Shown here in pieces: positions 45,172 to 54,271 of a DNA stretch of 64,000 nt. A program made the translations under genes and the position numbers. How positions within the stretch are numbered: position 1 is the stretch's first letter; each line of letters starts with the position of its first letter. Under the pieces are notes generated by a model. That model saw nothing but the letters and a program-made list of their open reading frames with translations, ran no database searches and was not told the origin of the DNA. Source of the stretch: an uncultured bacterium (GTDB lineage Bacteria; Patescibacteriota; Minisyncoccia; Phycocordibacterales; PALSA-1337); contig CAWKEA010000006.1 of the NCBI GenBank assembly GCA_963848635.1, positions 4,419 through 68,418 on the forward strand, read 5' to 3'.

Positions 45172-46068
45172 ATGAAAATATCAACACTTACACAAAAATA
45201 TCCATGGCTTAAACATGAGAATTCCATAGAAGAATATTTACCACCGGAATACTATAAACAACTACTTCGCCAATATACATTTAATGGAGCTTCTGATCTT
45301 CAATTACTTGAAAATTTCCTAAAAAATAAAACAGCTTCAAATATCTTAGAACTTGGTTGTGGAAGTGGTAGAGCCTCAAACATTGCCGTCTCTCTTATCC
45401 CGCGAGCTGCATACACTTTTTCTGATTTAAGTGAACGCATGCTTGATACCGCGAAGAAACACTTACCTCCCAAATCATCTTTTGTTATAGCTGACGCTAT
45501 TGAATTTATGGAGAGGACAAATGAGCAATATGATTTAATATATACACTTTGGAGCTTCTCACATTCTACTCATCAACATATACATCGTCTGGGGATAGAA
45601 AATGCGAGACATTACATCTCTTCAGTAATTAAAAAATTCGTTAAGGAAAATATAAGACCCGGTGGCTCATTCTTCTTGATTCATTTTGATTCACTTTCTG
45701 ATGAGCAACGTATTCTTATGTCCCAGTGGAAACGTATATTTCCGGCATTTACAAACACCGAACAGCAGAGTCCTTCAAAACAAATTATCGATCATGTCCT
45801 GTTAGATCTCGATAACAATGATACGATAACTCTGTCTATTGATCATATGCATGGTGATCCTATTGTCTATGCAACAGAAAATGATATGCTGGAAACATTC
45901 ATGAATTTTCATTTAGAGACTTACTTTAATACCTCGCCTGCTGTTGCTGATATCGTAGAGGATATTAGGTCTCAGGCTGAAAGATATCGGAACATAGACG
46001 CTTCGTATGCAATCACTCCCGGATGCTATATGTATTCATTTATTAAAAATCAACAGACAAAGTTATGA
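45172..46068 (+). CDS. class I SAM-dependent methyltransferase
   Basis: ILELGCGSGRAS (motif I) and DLIYTLWSFSH. Confidence 0.75.
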   Translation: MKISTLTQKYPWLKHENSIEEYLPPEYYKQLLRQYTFNGASDLQLLENFLKNKTASNILELGCGSGRASNIAVSLIPRAAYTFSDLSERMLDTAKKHLPPKSSFVIADAIEFMERTNEQYDLIYTLWSFSHSTHQHIHRLGIENARHYISSVIKKFVKENIRPGGSFFLIHFDSLSDEQRILMSQWKRIFPAFTNTEQQSPSKQIIDHVLLDLDNNDTITLSIDHMHGDPIVYATENDMLETFMNFHLETYFNTSPAVADIVEDIRSQAERYRNIDASYAITPGCYMYSFIKNQQTKL

Positions 46069-47105
46069 AAAATATGGAGAAACTGAAAAAATTACAAAAA
46101 AGAGATAAAGTCGCGGTACTCTCACCGTCATTTGCAGCACCTGGACGATTTCCTCACGTATTTGAGCTTGGTTTGAATCGTATACGCAGAGTGTTTGAAT
46201 TGGAGCCAGTGGAATATCCCACGACGAGGAAATTAGGCGCCAGTGCTGAGGAGCGAACACGCGACCTTATAGCCGCCTTCGAGGATCCGGAAATAAAAGC
46301 GGTCATTGCTAGTATTGGTGGAGATGACCAAGTTACATACATATACAAAATGTCTCCAGATCCATTTGTAAATAATCCGAAACCATTCCTTGGATACAGC
46401 GATAATTCACATTTCTGTAATTTTCTATTTCAACATAACATTCCATCATATTATGGAGCATGCGTAATGACGCAGTTTGCAATGCAAAAAGAAATGGATA
46501 AATATACAACGGATCATATCCGCAACGCGCTATTTGATACGGGTGAACATGAAATCTTACCTTCATCAGAATACAATGAGGTAGGTCTCGATTGGAGCGA
46601 TTCTTCACTTCTTACTACCCGACGCATCTATGAACCAAATACCGGATGGGTATGGGATACACCATCTGATGGAGAAGGTATTTTATGGGGTGGTTGTCTC
46701 GAATCAATTGATGACATGCTCCGAAACAACGTCCCAATTCCTAATCTTGATGAATTCGGGAACATCATCCTTTTATTCGAGACATCAGAAGAAGTGCCAT
46801 CGCATGGGTATGTGCAACGAGTTATCCGATCTCTAGGTGAACGAGGAATTTTGCAGAAAATTCGAGGTGTGCTTGTTGGTCGACCAAAAGCCTGGGAATT
46901 TGATAAACCATTCACCAAAGAAGAACGAACAGCGTATGTGAAGAGTCAACAAGAAGTCATCCTTGAAGCAGTGAGATTGTATAACAAAAACATACCAATC
47001 GTACAAAACATGAATTTTGGTCATACCGACCCACAGATACCGATGCCATATGGAGGGAGAGCAAGAATCGACTCAAATAATAAGAAAGTATTTGTCTGTT
47101 TTTAG
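46065..47105 (+). CDS. peptidase S66 family LD-carboxypeptidase (LdcA/MccF-like)
   Basis: VAVLSPSFA...AVIASIGGDD...GYSDNSHF (nucleophile Ser in GYSD) and the overall 346-aa size fit S66. Overlaps the upstream methyltransferase gene by 4 nt. Confidence 0.8.
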   Translation: MKNMEKLKKLQKRDKVAVLSPSFAAPGRFPHVFELGLNRIRRVFELEPVEYPTTRKLGASAEERTRDLIAAFEDPEIKAVIASIGGDDQVTYIYKMSPDPFVNNPKPFLGYSDNSHFCNFLFQHNIPSYYGACVMTQFAMQKEMDKYTTDHIRNALFDTGEHEILPSSEYNEVGLDWSDSSLLTTRRIYEPNTGWVWDTPSDGEGILWGGCLESIDDMLRNNVPIPNLDEFGNIILLFETSEEVPSHGYVQRVIRSLGERGILQKIRGVLVGRPKAWEFDKPFTKEERTAYVKSQQEVILEAVRLYNKNIPIVQNMNFGHTDPQIPMPYGGRARIDSNNKKVFVCF

Positions 47106-47107
47106 AA

Positions 47108-47140
47108 AAAAAGGCCGGAGGATTTTCAAATCCTCCGGCC
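47108..47140. terminator. bidirectional hairpin terminator between convergent genes
   Basis: AAAAAGGCCGGAGGATTTtcaAATCCTCCGGCCTC. Confidence 0.6.
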
Positions 47141-48298
47141 TCAGCAATCACTGTCGTGGAATAGTTTTTGCATTAGTTCCGAACCTATTCCAGAGGTAAC
47201 CATCGCTTCACGCCTATTGCCAAGCAGTTTTGCGGTCCAATCGACAGCACCACCATCCGCAACCTGAACCACATCACCTTTTTTATTTGTGGCAAAGATA
47301 TGGAAGCATAGGTGCGGATAATAACCCAGGCCCGCTTTTCTATTGAAGTCAAAGCAAAATCGGACTCCCGAGTTAGCAGTGCGAAGCGGCTCTATGATTC
47401 CTTTCTCGATGTGTGAAAAGTACTTGACTCGATTAATGAGACCGTTATTCTCGAACATTGCTTGATTCAGCTCACTCGCGCCTTCAACCTCTTTTGGAAA
47501 TTGCACCTGGTACTTCGTAAACAGATCGAAGTCGTCGTTGAGAGAATTTCGCAAGATATCTTCGCGAGGAAGTTTAATCCCGTCTATCAACTGATCAAGG
47601 AACTGCATATCGGAAATCTTGACAGTTATATTAGACGATCCGTATCCCTCTCTTTGCAGAACGAAGATCGCGTTTAACAACATTGCAATGTGTTTCTGTA
47701 ACGTAGGAATTGCAAACCCACCATCGGTAGACGTGTTTGGTCCACCAGAGCAAAGTGCGAAGAGGTTAAAATGTTGCATATACCCCTTACTCTTGTCGAA
47801 CGGCTGCAATCGCAGAACACGACCTGATGTGCTGATGTGTACAGCACTGTCATCTTTTAGAGCAATGCTTCGTTTTCTCCTCAACGCGCATTCGAGCGCG
47901 AGCTGGCTTGTTAAATCACTCACAACCTCCAATCCTCGTATCGAGGAAAGAGTGTTGTTTTGACTAATCATGCTCAGTATTGCGTTGAGTCCAAAAGGCG
48001 CGACAGGAGAAGTTTGGACGGCTTCAAATGTCGAACTTACAGCCTCGTGGCATTTGAGAGCAAACCTGTAGAGATTAGCTTGGGCAATCTGGCTAATCCC
48101 GAGGAACTCTTGCTTTCTTTCATACTCCTGCAGTAGCTCTGTGGGCTTTCTGGCTTTCGCCCGATTTTTGAACACATGCACCAAAACAGGTTGAAGACGA
48201 CGCATTGGTGCTATTGACAGAATCTCAAGGAGGTTGGGAATGCCAAGCTCCTCGGAGATGCTTCGTAGCATTTTTTCTTCCGAACTCTCGGGTTTCAT
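47141..48298 (-). CDS. HisRS/HisZ-like class II aaRS catalytic-core paralog
   Basis: SGRVLRLQPFDKSKGYMQHFNLF parallels HisRS motif 2 (FRYERPQKGRYRQFHQFG). DGGAVDWTAKLLGNRREAMVTSGIGSELM parallels the GGRYDGL...PAVGFAMGLERL region. 385 aa, about the size of HisZ; no anticodon-binding domain. Confidence 0.5.
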   Translation of the reverse strand: MKPESSEEKMLRSISEELGIPNLLEILSIAPMRRLQPVLVHVFKNRAKARKPTELLQEYERKQEFLGISQIAQANLYRFALKCHEAVSSTFEAVQTSPVAPFGLNAILSMISQNNTLSSIRGLEVVSDLTSQLALECALRRKRSIALKDDSAVHISTSGRVLRLQPFDKSKGYMQHFNLFALCSGGPNTSTDGGFAIPTLQKHIAMLLNAIFVLQREGYGSSNITVKISDMQFLDQLIDGIKLPREDILRNSLNDDFDLFTKYQVQFPKEVEGASELNQAMFENNGLINRVKYFSHIEKGIIEPLRTANSGVRFCFDFNRKAGLGYYPHLCFHIFATNKKGDVVQVADGGAVDWTAKLLGNRREAMVTSGIGSELMQKLFHDSDC

Positions 48299-48343
48299 TT
48301 TGACCTCCTATTTGTTTTGTTAAGGAACGGCTTCAAGACCACC

Positions 48344-49440
48344 GGCAACTAGAACTTAAGTTTTAATAATTCTCGAGGAATATTTTGATATAATTTGCAC
48401 ATGAAAAAAAGAAACAAAAAAGACTCACAAATTGTGACCGTCATGAGATTCATATATTAATCAGAAAGGGATATACTCAAAGTGAGATTGCTGACAGAAT
48501 TGGAGTAACACAAGGTGCGATCTCATATGAAATCAATCAGAAGACAAGAGATGATCGTTTGTACGATTCAGAATACTCAAGACACGTCACATACGTTCGT
48601 AAGCATCACAAACGTACTCGTGGCAATACGATTGCAGAACACCCAGATCTTCGAAAGACAGTAACCGAATATCTAATGGACGACCAATCACCAGAACTGC
48701 TCTCTGGAAGGCTTAGAAAGCTTCATGCAGATATTCCATACGTATCAGGCAGAACGATCCGTAAATTCATCAAAAGTCCATATGGAAGAAGAATCGAAGC
48801 AAAGAGAAACAAAATCCACAGAAGAAGAGGTAAAAGAAGGTTGAAATTTGAAATCACTAACAAACGTATGATCGACAAAAGACCAAAGTATATCAAGGAC
48901 AGAAAGAGAATCGGTGATACCGAGGGTGACTTCATTGCTTCAGGTAAAACTGGTCTGGGTATGCTTCTAGTTGTAACTGACAGAAAGAGTCGTGCACCAT
49001 TCCTTGAGAAGATATGTCCTGTATCAATCAGGACGATGGAAAATGGTTTCAGAAGAATCAAAAGACGTTTTCCTGAGTTAAAAACAGTAACTCTCGACAA
49101 TGATATCTTGTTCATCCACCACAAAGAGCTCGAGAGGAAATTCCATATCAAAATCTACTTCTGTCACAAGCACTCACCTTGGGAAAAACCACTAGTGGAG
49201 AACAGAAACAAACTGATTAGAAGATACATTCCTAAAGGATCTGACATTTCAAGATATACACGCTATTACATTCAAAAATTGGAAGCAAAATTGCAGAGAC
49301 GCATCATGAAATGTTTAGACTACAAATTACCCAAGGAAATACTCGAAGAACATCGTAAACGAAAAAAGAAGCCCTAATCGCTTCCTTTCTGTTAGATTTT
49401 CCTTCTTAGAAAAATATTAAAACGTGGGGTGTGGGTGCCA
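48344..49440 (+). mobile_element. IS30-family insertion sequence, copy 2 (identical to 11974..13070)
   Basis: 100% identical over 1097 bp with different flanks. Same orientation as copy 1. Confidence 0.85.
48401..49377 (+). CDS. IS30-family transposase (copy 2; same ATG-A7 architecture)
   Basis: Identical to 12031..13007. Confidence 0.8.
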
Positions 49441-49498
49441 CCTTGAAACTGAGTATATCTATAGCACAAATACATCTTTTTGTACAGAGTCAGATGGG

Positions 49499-50343
49499 GG
49501 GTAATATATACCAGTTGTCCCATATAAATTACAATATGGACACCATGTACACATACAACCAAATACCAAGCGAAGCACAGATCCGTAAATACATCCGTCG
49601 CATCTTGTTCGGAAAGAACGTCTTCTGCCCGAAATGCAGGTCGAGACGGATAAATGTCCAAGGAGGCAGGTACCGGTGCAAGGATTGCAGGACTCGGTTC
49701 ACCCTCTTGTCACACACATGGCTCTCGAACTTGAAGCTACCGCTCCAGACGTGGTGGATGGTGCTCTGGAGCTGGTCATGTGCAGTACCGGTAAAACAAA
49801 CGTGCGCACTTACAGGACTCTCAACGGTCTCGGTGTACAAGTGGTTTGATACCTTCCGGGGACATCTGCCGGAAGAATCCCATATTTTGGAGCGTATAGT
49901 GCAGCTAGACGAGGCATACTTCAAGAACATGACTCTGATCATGGCCAAGCAAAAAGGCACCAGGAATCTGGCCTACGACGTCATCATGGGCACAGCCGTG
50001 CAAAAGCATCATGCCGGATATTTCTTGTTCAGGAAGGTGAAACCCGGTTCCAAGCTCTGGACTGATGGCGCTGCGATTTACAAGAAAATCGACAAGTGGT
50101 GGCCCGTCAAGCATTCAAGGGACATCCACAAGAAATTCGAGTTCGCGCATACCTCGGAGATCGAGGGAGTGTTCGGAAACTACCGTACTTTCGCAAGAAG
50201 AATGTATCACCACCATCAATCGAAAAATCTGGAGAAATATGTGAGGGAATTTTGCTTCAGATTTTCCTCACCAGAATTATTCAAAAACCCTTTGTTTTAC
50301 TTAACAAAATCATTAAAGCTTGGGACAACTTGTTAATATTACC
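49499..50343 (+). mobile_element. IS1595-family-like insertion sequence with 23-bp inverted repeats and 9-bp target-site duplication
   Basis: IRL GGTAATATATACCAGTTGTCCCA (49500..49522) pairs with IRR TGGGACAACTTGTTAATATTACC (50321..50343). The flanking direct repeat TCAGATGGG occurs at 49490..49498 and 50344..50352. Confidence 0.8.
49536..50336 (+). CDS. IS1595-family transposase (N-terminal zinc ribbon plus DDE)
   Basis: CPKCRSRRINVQGGRYRCKDCRTRFT is a zinc ribbon, followed by a DDE_Tnp_IS1595-like core (QLDEAYF...). The start is taken at Met after the IRL; the track ORF starts at 49431. Confidence 0.7.
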   Translation: MDTMYTYNQIPSEAQIRKYIRRILFGKNVFCPKCRSRRINVQGGRYRCKDCRTRFTLLSHTWLSNLKLPLQTWWMVLWSWSCAVPVKQTCALTGLSTVSVYKWFDTFRGHLPEESHILERIVQLDEAYFKNMTLIMAKQKGTRNLAYDVIMGTAVQKHHAGYFLFRKVKPGSKLWTDGAAIYKKIDKWWPVKHSRDIHKKFEFAHTSEIEGVFGNYRTFARRMYHHHQSKNLEKYVREFCFRFSSPELFKNPLFYLTKSLKLGTTC

Positions 50344-50527
50344 TCAGATGGGTACTCTACTAAACATGGAAAATGGAAAAGTTTTGAAACCAAGCCTGAA
50401 ACTCGTCTCCGTTTCCAAAATTTGATCTTTAAAGAAAATCTAGAATTTTTAAATGAAACATTTGGAAACGCAAAACTAACGCCTATTTACAAGCTATATC
50501 AATCATACTTGACCGATAAATCCCAAT

Positions 50528-50602
50528 TGGTGACCTTACCGGGAGTCGAACCCGGATTACAGCCTTGAGAAGGCCGTGTCCTAACCATTAGACGATAAGG
50601 CC
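50528..50602 (-). tRNA. tRNA-Glu (anticodon CTC), CCA encoded
   Basis: Minus strand: GGCCTTA acceptor, D-arm GTCT-AATGGTTA-GGAC, anticodon stem CGGCC/GGCTG with loop TTCTCAA, T-arm CCGGG-TTCGACT-CCCGG, then TAAGGTC-A-CCA. Its 3' end faces the AT-rich island. Confidence 0.8.
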
Positions 50603-50706
50603 GAAAATACAGTCAAAATGCAAAATTCAAAACGCAAAACTCGAAGCCGTTAAAATGTACCACATTTTTATAAAATCACAAAAACTTTGAGTTTTGCATT
50701 TTAAGT

Positions 50707-52047
50707 TTAAGGTTTTTCCAGCCACTCCTTCTCCTGACGGACGAGAAGCTCGCCAGCATGGGAAGGATCGGCCATGAGTGCCTTGGTCACGCGCTCGAGG
50801 CGCGGAGACTGGGAGCCTTTGATCAGAATCGCGTCGCCAGTTTTGACCATCGTCTTCAATTTTAGAGCGGCAGCATTCGAATCGTCAAACGAGAGGATGG
50901 AGGCTTCGCTCATGCCCGCCTCGATCGCCCCGTCACGTATCCCCTTTGCCCTTTGGCCTACTGTGACGAGAAGATCGCCACGCGCAGGATCGAGCGATTT
51001 TGCGACGAGCGCGCCGGCCTTGTGATGCTGTTCTGTCGAATATTTGCCGAGCTCCATCATATCGCCGAGCACGGCGACCTTCCTCTGCGCGCCTTCGACG
51101 TCCGCGAGAGCGGCGAGCGCGACGGCGAGGGCTGTCGGCGATGAGTTATACGTGTCGTCGATGATAGTCGAATCGTCCATGCCGTCGATCAAATTCATGC
51201 GGCCGCGCGGAGGCTTGAAGGCATTGATGAACTCCGCTATTTTACGGAGCGCGTCGCCTTGATTGAGTCCGACGGCTGCCGCCGCGAGGATCGGATAGAC
51301 ATGCTGGATGCCGAGGACGCCGTAAAGGGAGATCGGCACGCTGTCGCCGGCGTATTCAAGATTGAACGAGATGCCGATCGGTTTCTTGCGGGCGCTTTCC
51401 GCTGAATAGAGCAACGCGGGCGAAGAGCCTCTCACAAGCGCGTCCGACGAGGTCCCGTATGTCATCGCTTTTCGACCCTCAAATCTTTGATTCTTGAGCT
51501 TGTCGTCATCGGCATACAAGATGACGGTTCCGCCGTTCCTTACCCCTTTTGCCAAAAAAATCTTCTCGCGGAGCACGGCTTCGGGCAAACCGAAGAATTC
51601 GACATGCACCGGCACATCGCCCACTTTGGTGATGACGGCGACGTCAGGATGGAGCCATTTGACCAGATTCTCGATGTCGCCCGGATGATCAGCGCCGACT
51701 TCAAGGACAAGGATGTCAGGATAGTCGTTCCGGGTGAAGACAAGCTCGAGCCCGCGCATCATATTCGACAGCCAGCCGAGCGGGTCTTTCCAGGCATTCC
51801 CGACGCCGAGGATCGTGAGCGGCACGCCGATCTCGCTGTTAAAGCTCTTTTCGCTCTTGCGCACATGCTTGATCATCTCTCGGCCGGGCAGGTCGGCCGA
51901 GGCGAGGACGGCGTAAATAGCGTCCTTAGTGGAAGTTTTGCCAACCGAGCCAGTCACGGCGATGATTCGCGGCTTGTATTTCCTGATGACGAGGCGCGAC
52001 TCGATCATGAGAATATAAATAAGGGTTTTTTTGAAGAGTGAAAGCAT
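50707..52047 (-). CDS. murF: UDP-N-acetylmuramoyl-tripeptide--D-alanyl-D-alanine ligase
   Basis: Mur-ligase P-loop IIAVTGSVGKTSTK and Mur ligase middle and C-terminal domains. Sits in the dcw cluster after ftsI. Confidence 0.85.
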   Translation of the reverse strand: MLSLFKKTLIYILMIESRLVIRKYKPRIIAVTGSVGKTSTKDAIYAVLASADLPGREMIKHVRKSEKSFNSEIGVPLTILGVGNAWKDPLGWLSNMMRGLELVFTRNDYPDILVLEVGADHPGDIENLVKWLHPDVAVITKVGDVPVHVEFFGLPEAVLREKIFLAKGVRNGGTVILYADDDKLKNQRFEGRKAMTYGTSSDALVRGSSPALLYSAESARKKPIGISFNLEYAGDSVPISLYGVLGIQHVYPILAAAAVGLNQGDALRKIAEFINAFKPPRGRMNLIDGMDDSTIIDDTYNSSPTALAVALAALADVEGAQRKVAVLGDMMELGKYSTEQHHKAGALVAKSLDPARGDLLVTVGQRAKGIRDGAIEAGMSEASILSFDDSNAAALKLKTMVKTGDAILIKGSQSPRLERVTKALMADPSHAGELLVRQEKEWLEKP

Positions 52048-52131
52048 GGGATTAAATGCATAAGCATCGGTCTATGACTATTGATCCTGAATTTAAGTTT
52101 TGCATTTTGACTTTTGAATTTTGAATTATTT

Positions 52132-53850
52132 TTACCTATCCGGCGGTATGTCGTAATAACTGATAAGATAGCTAGCAATCTGAGCGAAAGGATCAGTCAG
52201 GGTCTCCGAGGCATATTGGACGTTCTTTGGATACACTTGATAAAGGAAGACGAGGAAGCGCGGATTATGCGCCGGGAAATAGCCAAAGAACGAATGCAGA
52301 TACCTGTCAGGATAATACCCCCCTCCGGCTGGATCCGCAATCTGGGCGGTTCCGGTCTTTGCCGCTATCGAATAGCCAGGTTTCGACATGTCAGAACGAG
52401 CCGGTGCCATGACCTTATCGACGACATTGATGAGCATGTTCGTTACGATGGATGCGGTAGTCGAGGAGAAGACACGCTGGCCTGGAGGAGGATCGATCGT
52501 TTTATAGCCGCCGACGTCATAGTCGATCTCGCTCGCTATATGAGGAGTAACCAGATACCCGCCGTTAGCGATCGACGAGAGGGCGCGAACGATCTCCATC
52601 GGAGTGACAGCGATGCCCTGTCCAAAGGCCGCTGTAGCATAATTGACATCGCGGCCGCCTTCTATGTTCCTTACGAGGCCTGACTGCTCGCTCGGCTGGT
52701 CTATTCCTGTCGTAGATCCGAGACCATAGCTCAAAAAATATCTTTGCATGGTGCTTGACCCCATTGTGAGGGCGAGGAACGTCGCGCCGACGTTGAGAGA
52801 TTGGCTAAGGATCTGTTGCATTGGGATGACTCCGCGAGCGACGAGGTCATAATTGCAGATGCGCTTGGTGTCGACCACGACGCAACCAGTGTCTTTGTAG
52901 GTGGTTGAAGCCGTTACCGCACCGGAATCGATAGCCGCGGACATGGTCATAGGCTTCATGATAGAGCCCATCTCGTAGACGCTTTGGGTCAAGGGGTTCG
53001 CGAACAAGGAGACATCGCTGACGCTGGCGCGATCATTCGGATCATAGCTTGGCAGAGAATCCATCGCATATATGGCGCCGGTCTTTGGGTTTATAATAAC
53101 GCCGCCGATCTGGTCCGACTGCCATTGTTTTTTCGTGTCAGCGAGGACTTGGTCGAGATACGCCTCGACAGAAGGCTCGATCGAGGTGACCACGTCGCCT
53201 TCGAGGCTCTGACCGGAAAGAACCGTGCTCTTTATGTCTGAAAAAAGCTCAGCAAAGAAATTGACGTTCGCATCGTCGTCATTTCTGGTCAGCGTCTCGT
53301 CATAATATTTTTCCAGGCCGTATTGGCCCGTCAATTGCGAGCTCGTAGCGTAACCGACAATGCCGACCGTTTCTGCGCCAAGGGAACCTGTCGAGTAATA
53401 TCTCCAGGCATCCTTTGCTACGATCACGCCGGGAATATCGAGAGCAGATATCTTTTCGCCAGCATCGACAGACAGCTCATCGGCGACGTTTACATAGGGG
53501 ACGCTTTTCTTTGCTGAAGAATCTATGAACTTGGTTTCATCGATAGGCGCGATCGCATCTATTTTTTTGAAAGCAGACGCGGCATCGGTCAGTTTTTCCG
53601 GATCGATGGCCAAGGAAAATCCTTGCTGTATCGTCGCGGCCGCGACGCGCACCCCATCCTTGGTGGTGAAATAGATCGTACCACGGTCAAAGAGGCCGCC
53701 TTGCGGGCTTATATACTGCTGGTTCGCACGCTCCTTGTAGTAGTCGTTTTGGACTATCTGCAACCAATACAGCCGACCGATGATGAGGAGGCCTGCCGCG
53801 ATGACGAATGCCAGGACGATCCTAATGCGCAGTTGTGCCTTGTCCCGCAT
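52132..53850 (-). CDS. ftsI: peptidoglycan D,D-transpeptidase (PBP2/FtsI-type class B penicillin-binding protein)
   Basis: N-terminal TM anchor and dimerisation domain. Transpeptidase motifs are present: SIMK (the SxxK motif), SLN (the SxN motif) and KTGTA (the KTG motif). Confidence 0.88.
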   Translation of the reverse strand: MRDKAQLRIRIVLAFVIAAGLLIIGRLYWLQIVQNDYYKERANQQYISPQGGLFDRGTIYFTTKDGVRVAAATIQQGFSLAIDPEKLTDAASAFKKIDAIAPIDETKFIDSSAKKSVPYVNVADELSVDAGEKISALDIPGVIVAKDAWRYYSTGSLGAETVGIVGYATSSQLTGQYGLEKYYDETLTRNDDDANVNFFAELFSDIKSTVLSGQSLEGDVVTSIEPSVEAYLDQVLADTKKQWQSDQIGGVIINPKTGAIYAMDSLPSYDPNDRASVSDVSLFANPLTQSVYEMGSIMKPMTMSAAIDSGAVTASTTYKDTGCVVVDTKRICNYDLVARGVIPMQQILSQSLNVGATFLALTMGSSTMQRYFLSYGLGSTTGIDQPSEQSGLVRNIEGGRDVNYATAAFGQGIAVTPMEIVRALSSIANGGYLVTPHIASEIDYDVGGYKTIDPPPGQRVFSSTTASIVTNMLINVVDKVMAPARSDMSKPGYSIAAKTGTAQIADPAGGGYYPDRYLHSFFGYFPAHNPRFLVFLYQVYPKNVQYASETLTDPFAQIASYLISYYDIPPDR

Positions 53851-53855
53851 CGATT

Positions 53856-54215
53856 TTAAAAGGCGCTCGAAGGGATATCCGGAACGTTCATGGATAGTGC
53901 GGAATCAGCGCTTGCGGGCGCAGGCACTGTGATGAAAACAGAGACGGGGGCCTCGACAAAGCCATCGGCCAAAGCAGAATCGAGAGTGACGCCTCGGCTC
54001 AAGGCGACATATTGGACGGACAAGTCGCTGACCGTCTGGCTTTCGTGCGCCAAAACCGACTGTAGCCCTGAGAGGCTTGCAGTATTGGAAATCGTCTTCT
54101 CTATGAAAAAACCATAACAGATGGCAAAAAAGACAGCGACGGCGCACATGCCGAAGACCACGCGCTCGCGCACTTTCATTATGTATTCAAAATTGTTCAC
54201 AAGTATTTCGGTCAT
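53856..54215 (-). CDS. ftsL: cell-division protein FtsL-like (small bitopic membrane protein)
   Basis: 119 aa with a single TM helix, located between rsmH and ftsI as in dcw clusters. Confidence 0.5.
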   Translation of the reverse strand: MTEILVNNFEYIMKVRERVVFGMCAVAVFFAICYGFFIEKTISNTASLSGLQSVLAHESQTVSDLSVQYVALSRGVTLDSALADGFVEAPVSVFITVPAPASADSALSMNVPDIPSSAF

Positions 54216-54271
54216 GGTTATTGTAGAAATTAGACAATAGGATCAAAAAATGAAGTCGATGAGCTTGTCTT

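Noticed and set aside
50436-50527. Considered the 46-bp motif next to tRNA-Glu as a classical attR formed by duplication of the tRNA 3' end.
   Set aside because: The motif does not overlap or resemble the tRNA 3' portion, and no tRNA-Glu 3'-end fragment was found at the other island edge. Kept only as a shared boundary motif.
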